Positions 28,701 through 36,976 of a DNA stretch of 64,000 nt are shown here, piece after piece. The DNA is from Planctomycetota bacterium (lineage in GTDB: Bacteria; Planctomycetota; UBA8108; SXIK01). Location of the stretch: assembly GCA_965223265.1 (NCBI GenBank), contig OZ244999.1, positions 512,001 to 576,000 of the forward strand. The letters run 5' to 3'. Position numbers and translations under genes: made by a program. The notes beneath the pieces were generated by a model that did not search any database, was not told the DNA's origin, and was given only the letters and a program-made list of their open reading frames with translations. How positions within the stretch are numbered: the first letter of the stretch is position 1; each line of letters starts with the position of its first letter.

Positions 28701-29495
28701 CTAAAGGCCAAGGCGCCCTCGGAGTAGAAACGCTACGACTCCTAGAAGGCCGCCGAAGACGTTGCCCCAGACAACCAGCCAGCCGAGATGCTGTCGAATC
28801 ACGTCTTCCATCATACGTTTGACGTCTGCCGCGTGCAGCTGCTGAAGTTTCGTTTCCAGGAGTACCCCGACGTTTTCACGCAAATCGCGAACGACCGCCT
28901 CCTCGTCGAGCTCAAGTGGGAGGTCGGACGGGCTGGCCTCAGCGGCGACAGCGAGGACCTTCTCCTGCATCGACGCGATGAACCCCGAGACGAATTGGTT
29001 GACCGCAGGTCTCACCTTGTCGAGCCCCACCATGACAAGAAGCCCTCCGACGGAGGAGTTGGTGAGCTTATCGATCTGGCTATCGATCATCGGCTGCACT
29101 ACGTCGGCCGACGTCAGTTTTTCCCACTGGCGTTCGACGAAGTCGCTCATTGGGCTACCGCCGTTCGACGAGCGCTTCAGGTACTTCTGCCAATCGATTT
29201 CGCCTTGGCGCTGCGAGAAGAAATCCTTGAGATATTCCTCGTCGAAGAAGTGTTCGACGATGAGATCTTTCACCTTCGAGCGAATCTCTCGAAACCGCGC
29301 TGGGATGACCCCGCTTCCAATCAGTCCGGGGATGCGATCGAAGAGCATCTTGACCGCAAGCCAGTTCGTCACTCCGCCGCTAAAAGCGAAGATCGCAGCG
29401 GAGAAGACAAGGGCCCGCGCGGCCCCGTCGGGTAAGAGGATGCTGACAACGAGCAGCAGCGCAGAGGTGAGATTTGAAACGGTCCCTTTGTCCAT
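28701..29495 (-). CDS. DUF445-family membrane protein
   Basis: GGVTNWLAVKMLF...GSGVIP at the N-terminus and HLGWLVVWGNVFGGLLG at the C-terminus. Confidence 0.85.
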   Translation of the reverse strand: MDKGTVSNLTSALLLVVSILLPDGAARALVFSAAIFAFSGGVTNWLAVKMLFDRIPGLIGSGVIPARFREIRSKVKDLIVEHFFDEEYLKDFFSQRQGEIDWQKYLKRSSNGGSPMSDFVERQWEKLTSADVVQPMIDSQIDKLTNSSVGGLLVMVGLDKVRPAVNQFVSGFIASMQEKVLAVAAEASPSDLPLELDEEAVVRDLRENVGVLLETKLQQLHAADVKRMMEDVIRQHLGWLVVWGNVFGGLLGVVAFLLRGRLGL

Positions 29496-29853
29496 CGGTC
29501 ACTCGTGGTAGCTGAATTCGAGCCGGACAGTGTACCAAACGTCGCTGAGAGCGAAAGTGTATCTCACAATCGAACTCTCCTTGATTGCGGCGCGCGATCG
29601 ACATTCAAGCGGGAACGCGAGCAAGGTGCGTGCCGTTCTAACGCGTGGCTCGCTGATTTGGCTTGGCCACGTCGCGTGTCACCCGATTGTTGAGATTCGT
29701 CAAAAGAGCTCTGAGTTCGTAGCGGTATGAACTTAGGCGCTTCTGCATGTGCGATTGCGCGCGGTCGTTTTGACAAGACCGATTGGTCCATCGTAGTCTC
29801 ATCGTCGGGGTCACTTCCGTCGTCGCCGTGAACACTTTGAGGGGAGGCACGCG

Positions 29854-31878
29854 ATGCGCCGGACGATTTTGCCCGCGTTGATTCTCGTCACGAGTGGATT
29901 GGGAGCGCAGACACTTGCGGTCAAGGGCTACCCGACTCAGTTGGTTCTCGATGAGATTTCTCCCGGTCCAGCGCAGCTTGTCACCGGCGCCGGTGCACCA
30001 CTCGGTCTGGGAGTGTACGTTGAGCTGTGGAGGGTGGCGGCCGGCGAAAACGCAGCCGAGTCGATTGCCTCGGTCGCAGCCAGCTCCGACGGTACGTTCG
30101 CATTCGCTGACGTGACCGTCTTGGAGGGGGAGCACTACTACGCGACTCTCTCTCGCAGCTGGCATTTCGATCGCGACGGCGACTTCGAAGGCTGGGATCA
30201 AATGACCTCGACAGACGCGGAGTTGGAAGTCGCTGACGGCGTTTTGAGGATCACGATCACAGATGCGAACCGAGATGGCTTTCACGACCCTTTTCTGCAC
30301 AACTTTTTCGACTACGACCCGTCGCTCTATCGGGTCGTTGAGGTTCGTCTGCGCAATCCAGCGAACGTGACACCTGCAAGACTCGGAATCTTCTGGGGAC
30401 AACCTCTCGAGCCGACCGTATTTCGCCATATCGCATCTGTGCCGACGGCGATGGTCGACTTCGAAACGCTCTTCATCCCCATGAACGTCGGCGAAGCCGT
30501 CATTCCAAGAGTTGCCGGCATTGACGCTGAGTGGAACGTCGATGGCCTGTGGACCGCGGCCGGTGTCAACGATACGCTGCGCCTCGACCCTCTCTGCGGC
30601 TTGCCGCGAAACACGCCAGGAGTTGAAGGTGTCGTCTTTGAGATCGATTCGATCCGTATCCGCGAGGACATACGCGTCGACTTTCACATCGATGACGATC
30701 TCTCAGGTCTCGGCATCTTCAACGGTGTCAACGACGTGTCGATCAGGCGAGGATTCCTTGGGTACACTGTTATCGCAGACCCGTCTGTTCTCTTCGACGT
30801 CATGACGGGACGTATCGAGACGAGTCATTTCACACAGTTTGTTGTGGGTCTTGATGGGCTCTCCGTGGCGAACCCGGCGACTTCTCTCGCAGTGCTGTTT
30901 AACGACGAAGACAGTGGCTCGAGCTACTTAGACGACGGTGGCAACATGCAGTCTGCTGAGCTGCCGCTTGATCTGAGCACAGGGGTGGACGCGATGATGC
31001 AGCTTGACCTCAGCACAGCTCCAGTCGGTGAGTGGAATGAAGACGGACGTGTGCCGATGGAGGGACTGCAAACGAGTCTTCCCGTCGGTGGTACGAGTGG
31101 AGATGTGATCGGCATCGACTACTTCGGCTGGATTCCTGCGACGCCGTTCGGCCCAAGCCCAGCGGTTTTGGCTGCGTTTCCGAACAATCCGCCGAACGTT
31201 TTGATTACAGTCGACCCGTCATCTGCGGAAGTTCAGATAGGGGACGACGACAGCGCGCGCGTTGAGCTCTCGAGTGTTGGGACCGACGACGGTGACGGAG
31301 GCGCGGCGACGTTGACCTTTGCCTGGAGCAAGATCTCGGGACCGGACGGCGACACGATCGAAGCGCCGACCATGCCGGAGACTGGTGTGGTGTTCAGCGT
31401 TGCGGGTGACTACGTGTACCGGCTGACCGTGGACGATGGCCAGCTGCTCGACTCGAGTGCGTCAGCTGACGTCACTATCGTCGTTCTTGAGCGGCCGGCG
31501 CCGCCTGAATCTCTTTTCGTTCGTGGCGACGCCAACAGCGATGGGCGCGGCATGGAGATCTCCGATGCGATGTTCGTGATCCGTGCACTGTTCAGACCGT
31601 CGAGCGTCGGGGAGCCACGCTGTCTTGACGCCCTTGATGCCAACGACGACGGATTCATCGACTTGTCCGACGCTGTCTTCATGCTGCGCTATCGCGTGAG
31701 TGGTCGTGTCGTGCCGCCGGCGCCGTTCCCGCTCTGCGGCTCCGATCCCACAGATGACGCTCTCAGCACCTGCGACGGAGCTGATGAGCTTTGCCCGACC
31801 GAAGAGGAAGCCGCTCTCGTCAAGCGAGACCGCCGTCGCTGGAAGCGAACGCGCCGGCATCGAACTCGTTGGCGTTGA
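29854..31878 (+). CDS. Secreted multidomain protein: CBM-like beta domains, PKD/K319-like domain, C-terminal dockerin-like domain, Arg-rich tail
   Basis: GGAGG RBS and signal peptide. LTFAWSKISGP...GDYVYRLTVDDG (PKD-like). FVRGDANSDG...ISDA and DALDANDDGFIDLSDA (paired EF-hand loops), then PFPLCGSDPTDDALSTC. Confidence 0.82.
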   Translation: MRRTILPALILVTSGLGAQTLAVKGYPTQLVLDEISPGPAQLVTGAGAPLGLGVYVELWRVAAGENAAESIASVAASSDGTFAFADVTVLEGEHYYATLSRSWHFDRDGDFEGWDQMTSTDAELEVADGVLRITITDANRDGFHDPFLHNFFDYDPSLYRVVEVRLRNPANVTPARLGIFWGQPLEPTVFRHIASVPTAMVDFETLFIPMNVGEAVIPRVAGIDAEWNVDGLWTAAGVNDTLRLDPLCGLPRNTPGVEGVVFEIDSIRIREDIRVDFHIDDDLSGLGIFNGVNDVSIRRGFLGYTVIADPSVLFDVMTGRIETSHFTQFVVGLDGLSVANPATSLAVLFNDEDSGSSYLDDGGNMQSAELPLDLSTGVDAMMQLDLSTAPVGEWNEDGRVPMEGLQTSLPVGGTSGDVIGIDYFGWIPATPFGPSPAVLAAFPNNPPNVLITVDPSSAEVQIGDDDSARVELSSVGTDDGDGGAATLTFAWSKISGPDGDTIEAPTMPETGVVFSVAGDYVYRLTVDDGQLLDSSASADVTIVVLERPAPPESLFVRGDANSDGRGMEISDAMFVIRALFRPSSVGEPRCLDALDANDDGFIDLSDAVFMLRYRVSGRVVPPAPFPLCGSDPTDDALSTCDGADELCPTEEEAALVKRDRRRWKRTRRHRTRWR

Positions 31879-31943
31879 AGCTCGACGCGGTGCACTGATG
31901 CCGCGTCAGTCCTTCCATTCCCCAGACTCTCTATCCTGACGTG

Positions 31944-31991
31944 CTGCAGCCCTGCGATCTGTAATGGGTCGCGGGGCTGTAGTTTTTTTTT
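31944..31991 (+). terminator. Rho-independent terminator of the dockerin-protein gene
   Basis: CTGCAGCCCTGCGATC / GGTCGCGGGGCTGTAG stem (with G-U pairs) followed by T9. Confidence 0.75.
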
Positions 31992-31999
31992 GAGGTTCC

Positions 32000-32146
32000 A
32001 TGCGTGTGATGGCGACAGACCCAGAGGCAGATACGGATACAGATACGGAATCAGACCCAGAGGCAGATACGGATACGGATACGGATACGGAGTCAGACCC
32101 AGAGGCAGATACGGAGTCAGAACCAGATACCGATACCGAGTCATAA
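32000..32146 (+). CDS. Possible hyperacidic repeat micropeptide (48 aa)
   Basis: ATG 32000 or 32009 to TAA 32146 encodes MRVMATDPEADTDTDTESDPEADTDTDTDTESDPEADTESEPDTDTES. Repeat variation falls mostly at third codon positions, but the ORF lies right behind a terminator. Confidence 0.3.
   Translation: MRVMATDPEADTDTDTESDPEADTDTDTDTESDPEADTESEPDTDTES
32016..32143. repeat. Nested repeat: CAGACCCAGAGGCAGATACGGA x3 separated by variable numbers of GATACG-type hexamers
   Basis: Unit starts at 32016, 32052 and 32094. Confidence 0.9.
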
Positions 32147-32160
32147 GCGTACCGGATTCC

Positions 32161-32367
32161 GCCCCCGCCCCCGCCCACGCCCCCGCCCACGCCCACGCCC
32201 ACGCACTCGCCCACGCACTCGCCCACGCACTCGCCCACGCCCACGCCCACGCACTCGCCCACGCCCACGCCCACGCCCACGCCCACGCACTCGCACTCGC
32301 CCACGCACTCGCACTCGCACTCGCACTCGCACTCGCACTCGCACTCGCACTCGCACTCGCCCACGCC
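32161..32367. repeat. Hexamer microsatellite graded GCCCCC > GCCCAC > GCACTC (~34 units)
   Basis: Read directly from the sequence. The minus strand has GGG runs separated by short loops. Confidence 0.95.
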
Positions 32368-32608
32368 TACAAGTTCGGACGGCAGCCCGAATCGGCCGGC
32401 CAACCGTTGAGATCGACGCTGAGACCCGGGGCGTCTGGAGTCGGGAAATGCGCGCGAAACCTCGAGCTCGAGTTGAACGTCGACTTTTCTCTTGAGCTCG
32501 CTATCCTTGTAGTTCGTCGTACGAGCCCCAGCGTGCCGCAAGCGCTGCTGCGAGGTCCGCTTTGCTTGCGACGTGATCTGCTGAGCGCGTCGAAGCCGTG
32601 TCTCCACG

Positions 32609-33661
32609 TTGCCGTTTTGCCTGCCTTCGATTCGAAGTGCGAGGATTGATCCCAAGGTCCAAAGGTTGTCTCCTCGAGACGAGATCTATGATGTTTTGGT
32701 CGTCGGCGCCGGGCCGATCGGAATTGCCTGCGGCGTCGAAGCGCGCAAGGCGTCGCTTTCGTGCGTCCTTTGCGATCAGGGAGCACTCACCGACGCGCTT
32801 CTTCGTTATCCGACCAATCTCGTTTGGTTTTCGACACCCGAGTTGTTGGAGATCGGAGAGGTGCCGTTCATCTGTGCCGGCGCGAAGCCGACCGGACCGG
32901 AAGTGATTCGGTACTACCGGCGCGTTGCTGAGCACTTCCAGCTCGAGGTTCGGCTCTATGAGAAGGTCGAGAGTGTCGTAGCGGAAGATGGCGACGACCG
33001 CGTGTTTACCGTCCGGACCTCGCGCCATCGCATGTATCGGGCGTCGAGTGTTGTCGTCGCCACTGGATTCTTCGACGATCCGAATCTGCTCGGCGTGCCC
33101 GGGGAGGAGCTGGACAAAGTCAGTCACTACTATGTCGGGCCTTTCCCCTACTACGCTCAAAGGGTGGCGATCGTCGGCGCCGGGAATTCAGCTGTCGAGG
33201 CTGCTCTCGAGCTCTATCGCAACGGCGCCCGCGAAGTTGCGCTCGTTCACCGCGGTGACGAGCTGGCACGCGGCATCAAATACTGGGTGCGACCGGACAT
33301 TCAGAATCGAATCCAAGAAGGGAGCATCCGCGCTTTTTTCAATACCAATGTGGTGGAGATTTCTCCGGATTCACTCACGCTTCGAACCGGCGATGGGGAA
33401 CCGTTCGAGATCGGAAACGACTTCGTTCTCGCCTTGACTGGTTACCATGCGGATCCACGTCTTCTGCAGTCGTTCGGAGTTGAAGTAGATCCAGAGACGT
33501 TGAAGCCCAGTTTCGATTCAACCACCATGGAGACCAACGTGCCCGGTCTCTATGTCGCCGGAGTCGTTGTCGGCGGACGCGATTCGGGGCAAATCTTTAT
33601 CGAGAACAGCCGCATTCATGCTCAAAGAATCATCGAGCACGTCGCACCACGTGGTGGGTGA
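32609..33661 (+). CDS. ypdA: YpdA-family FAD-dependent (bacillithiol disulfide reductase-like) oxidoreductase
   Basis: GAGPIG, YPTNLVWFSTPELLEIG, GAGNSAVEAAL, IKYWVRPDIQNRI and IFIENSRIH; no CxxC. The true start may be TTG 32666. Confidence 0.88.
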   Translation: MPFCLPSIRSARIDPKVQRLSPRDEIYDVLVVGAGPIGIACGVEARKASLSCVLCDQGALTDALLRYPTNLVWFSTPELLEIGEVPFICAGAKPTGPEVIRYYRRVAEHFQLEVRLYEKVESVVAEDGDDRVFTVRTSRHRMYRASSVVVATGFFDDPNLLGVPGEELDKVSHYYVGPFPYYAQRVAIVGAGNSAVEAALELYRNGAREVALVHRGDELARGIKYWVRPDIQNRIQEGSIRAFFNTNVVEISPDSLTLRTGDGEPFEIGNDFVLALTGYHADPRLLQSFGVEVDPETLKPSFDSTTMETNVPGLYVAGVVVGGRDSGQIFIENSRIHAQRIIEHVAPRGG

Positions 33662-33700
33662 CGATCGCCGAATCCTTGCGTTCGCTCAAGGAGCGTAAAA

Positions 33701-34339
33701 ATGGAGATTCGCTACGAGACGGTCGGTCCGTTTGCGGAAAACAGTTACTTTGTCTTCGACGAGGAAACTCGCGAAGCGGTCGCCATCGACCCTGGAGACG
33801 AACCTGAACGGTTGCTTCGCCTGATGGAAGCAGAGGCTTGGAAGATCAAGTACATCCTTAACACTCACGCTCACATCGACCACGTCGGCGCGGTTGAAGC
33901 GGTCAAGGAGCACTCGGGTGCGCCGTTCTATTTGCCCGAAGCCGAACTACCTCTGCTGGAGGCATTGCCCATGCAGGCGGCGATGTTCGGCCTCTCGCCT
34001 CCGCCGACGCCTCAGGTTGACGAGGACCTCAAGGAGGGTGACGTGTTCAAGCTCGCCGGCGGCATCGAGATTGAGGTGTTCAGCACTCCCGGACATTCGC
34101 CCGGGAGCGTTTCGTTTCGCGTCGGCGATGTTCTGATCGTCGGCGACACGCTCTTTCAGGGATCGATCGGCCGCACGGATCTTCCCGGTGGGGATCTTGA
34201 GACGCTCCTGAGTAGTATCCGTGATCGCCTCATGGCGTACCCAGATCAAACGGTTGTCTATCCGGGGCATGGACCGCCGACGACGATCGGGGATGAGCGC
34301 CGCGACAATCCTTTTTTGCAGCCTGGCGCCTTTGAATGA
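33701..34339 (+). CDS. MBL-fold metallo-hydrolase (glyoxalase II / YcbL-like)
   Basis: THAHIDHVG, TPGHSPG, GDTLFQGSIGRTDLPGG and YPGHG. Confidence 0.93.
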   Translation: MEIRYETVGPFAENSYFVFDEETREAVAIDPGDEPERLLRLMEAEAWKIKYILNTHAHIDHVGAVEAVKEHSGAPFYLPEAELPLLEALPMQAAMFGLSPPPTPQVDEDLKEGDVFKLAGGIEIEVFSTPGHSPGSVSFRVGDVLIVGDTLFQGSIGRTDLPGGDLETLLSSIRDRLMAYPDQTVVYPGHGPPTTIGDERRDNPFLQPGAFE

Positions 34340-34363
34340 TTCCCGCTCCTCCGTGAGCGGTCA

Positions 34364-36592
34364 TCACCAATCGATCCGTTCATCACCTGCGCCGTTGTTC
34401 GCAGTGACAGAGTCTGATCCCGGGCGCGGGAGCCGCTGCAGCCAGGTGAGGGTGGTCGTGACCGTGACGTTTTTCATGAGTTCTCTCTTGTTCAGAAAGT
34501 ACGTGGGCTTCAGACGGCGCGGCTGCATGATCCTTTCAGCCTGGTCGCAATAGTGAGGCGACGTCGGATCATCACTTTGGCCGAGCGGCAACAGGGAATA
34601 GGACTTGGGAGGATTCGAAAGGACGACGATCTGCGTCGCAGTCTGGCCACCGCGAGCGAAACGATGCCCGCCCTCCAGATCGCCGAAACTCAACGCACGC
34701 GGCGTCGCGAGTCCGGGCAAGCTGCCGCCACCGATCGGGTAATGGTGCGGACTTCCGCGCCGCTTGATGCGAAAGACGTCTCCGAACGGTTTCTCAACCG
34801 TGTCGTATTGTTTTCGCATCGCTCCCGCGGCGCCCTCGAGGGCGCTTACGAGCGCCGCCGCCGAGATTGGCGGTGGCAGGATGCCGGCCCGGTCATGATT
34901 CAGAGCGGATTGCCCCAAGGTGGTTTCGTCCAGGAGACGCAGGGAAGGCGGACAATCCTCAGAGATCTCGTAGACCAGTTCTTTCCAGTGATAGTAGGCT
35001 AGCCCACCGACGGAGCTCCGGTCCAAGCGGCCATCCCAATCTTGAATCGTCTGGAGTAGCTGTTCGGCATCTGTCGAGAGGCTCTCCGAGCCGTGCTCGT
35101 TGACGGCGCGGACGAGGCGTTCTTGCCACACCTCGGCGTTGTAAACCTTCGTGCTGTGGGCGATCTCGATGGCTTCGTCGAGAGTCAGTGACGTCTCGTT
35201 TTCAAGCTCGAGCCTCGTTTGGGCAGCTCTTTGATGCAGATATGGATGCTCAGCGTTGAAGAGATAAGGATTCTCGCTGTATTTCTCGGGCTGCATTGGC
35301 GAGTCTGACAGCATCACGGTCGGCGGAACGTTGCAGTTTTGCATGTACCCTTGCGGCGGGTTCTCCAGCTGCACAAGGTCCGAGAGTGGGTGGATTCCAA
35401 GCCATTCAGTCGCCGACGTGTTGCCGGGGACAGGGCGCTGCCAATCGAAACCAGCGGGTCGAATCGGCACACGCCCGTTTCGCACATAGTAGATATCGCC
35501 ATCCACGGTGGCGATCATGACGTTCTGCTCCATCAGTTGCAGCTTGGAGAGCGCGGCTTTTGCCTGACGCAAATTCTCCGCTCGCATGAGATCGTACGTC
35601 TGCTCGATCAGGCCGACTTCGTCTGCGTACGGAAGTTTCATCGCGTAACCTTTGCCGTCCTTGCGCGCTACGATCGGGCCGTGGTGTGTTGACTCAATCG
35701 TGAAGGTCTGTGCGCGGACGCTACCGTCTGATTGGCGCACTTTGATCTCTTCGTGGCGAATTCGCATGGGCAAGGACTCGCCGTCGAAGAGGTAGCGCTG
35801 TGGTCGGTTTGGGTCGAATTCGATCTCGAACACGTCGCTGGTGTCGGGTCCCCCCGTTGTCATCGCGACTGAGAGAAAACGATTGTGTCCGAGACTCGGG
35901 AGGGGTAGCCCGAGAATCGCAACGCCGGCGAGGGCGAGATCCCCGCCATACACGCGCATTTCATAGAATCGAAACTGACCGTACCAACCCAAATGGGGGT
36001 CGATCAGCGCAATCGGATGGCCGGAAGCCGTGCGGCTCCCAGACACGGCCCACTGATTCGAACCGCGGGGTTCGATTGGGTCGAGTTGAATGCCGGCACG
36101 CGCGAGGTCGCCCGCCGCGCTGCCAGCGGGCCAACCCCAGATGATGTGACGGCTGAGGGCGACGATCATCGAAGGGTCGAGGTTGGGCGCCCACTCCGGA
36201 ACGGTCTCCGGATGTCGTTCCATGTAGAGTTGAGCTCCCGCGAGAAAAGCCTCGAGCAGTGCACGGATCGCGGCCGGGATCTCATGGTAGCGCCGCTCGC
36301 TGATCGCCGCGTGTTGGAAGAGCCTTGCGCGGAAATCATCGCGCACGTATTCCTCACCGAACGCTTCCGCCATCGTCCCCGTTGCGCGGCGATACTGCCG
36401 TAAAAGTTCCTCGAGTCGATCTTCCGCTTGTGCGTAGCCGGCAGCAAAACAGGCGGCCTCGGGGCTTTCAGCGTAGATGTTTGGTATGCCGTAGTCATCA
36501 CGATAGATGACGGCGTTTTTATGTTGGGGCAGCTGGCAGCCGAGGAAAAACATCAGCCACCCGAGGCAGAAAACCGCAAAGAGGCGCGGCAT
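34364..36592 (-). CDS. Penicillin acylase family Ntn-hydrolase (peptidase S45), probable lipoprotein
   Basis: IYRDDYGIPNIYA, GYAQAEDRL, GSNQWAVSGSRTASG (catalytic Ser), DPHL and GQSDDPTSPHYCDQ; lipobox FLGC. Confidence 0.9.
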   Translation of the reverse strand: MPRLFAVFCLGWLMFFLGCQLPQHKNAVIYRDDYGIPNIYAESPEAACFAAGYAQAEDRLEELLRQYRRATGTMAEAFGEEYVRDDFRARLFQHAAISERRYHEIPAAIRALLEAFLAGAQLYMERHPETVPEWAPNLDPSMIVALSRHIIWGWPAGSAAGDLARAGIQLDPIEPRGSNQWAVSGSRTASGHPIALIDPHLGWYGQFRFYEMRVYGGDLALAGVAILGLPLPSLGHNRFLSVAMTTGGPDTSDVFEIEFDPNRPQRYLFDGESLPMRIRHEEIKVRQSDGSVRAQTFTIESTHHGPIVARKDGKGYAMKLPYADEVGLIEQTYDLMRAENLRQAKAALSKLQLMEQNVMIATVDGDIYYVRNGRVPIRPAGFDWQRPVPGNTSATEWLGIHPLSDLVQLENPPQGYMQNCNVPPTVMLSDSPMQPEKYSENPYLFNAEHPYLHQRAAQTRLELENETSLTLDEAIEIAHSTKVYNAEVWQERLVRAVNEHGSESLSTDAEQLLQTIQDWDGRLDRSSVGGLAYYHWKELVYEISEDCPPSLRLLDETTLGQSALNHDRAGILPPPISAAALVSALEGAAGAMRKQYDTVEKPFGDVFRIKRRGSPHHYPIGGGSLPGLATPRALSFGDLEGGHRFARGGQTATQIVVLSNPPKSYSLLPLGQSDDPTSPHYCDQAERIMQPRRLKPTYFLNKRELMKNVTVTTTLTWLQRLPRPGSDSVTANNGAGDERIDW

Positions 36593-36976
36593 AGATCCTC
36601 CTGGAAAAAGCGTTGTTCGTCGGCGTGCTCAGTACCGCTGGCAGACACCCGATCGGCGGATTGTAATGCGCTTGCGAATCGAACTGAAGGAGGTGTTCGT
36701 TGCTCGCACGGCGGGGGGAGCCCAGGCCCGCGGGGCGAGAGGGCGCCTGGAACGACTTGAAACTCTGCTCTTGGTGGTAGAATTATCGTTTCGGCCCCCG
36801 GTGCGCCCGAACGCCGTAAAGAGGCTCGAGCAAGCTCGAGGCGTAGAGATCACGGCTCGCTGCGTCAAAGAGCTGATCGCTGAATCAGCTGCCTCAGCGG
36901 CATTCAGCGTTTAGCACCCGGACGTCGGCTGCGGTCGCAAGCGAGCGCTCCCTCGCCGGTGACAGCGGGCGCCGTC

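Noticed and set aside
29638-30687. 349-aa minus-strand ORF
   Set aside because: Antisense to the dockerin-protein gene, with no motifs.
32016-32143. Possible mini-CRISPR (three 22-bp repeats)
   Set aside because: The spacers are short and made of the same hexamer, and there are no cas genes.
31906-32655. ORFs 31906-32655(-), 31990-32649(+), 32141-32356(-) and 31689-32144(-) with dipeptide runs
   Set aside because: Stop-free hexamer repeats keep most frames open, and the flanking parts look non-coding.
33701-36592. Quorum-quenching pair (MBL lactonase plus acylase)
   Set aside because: The genes are convergent, the MBL has YcbL/glyoxalase II motifs rather than AHL-lactonase features, and the acylase substrate cannot be inferred.
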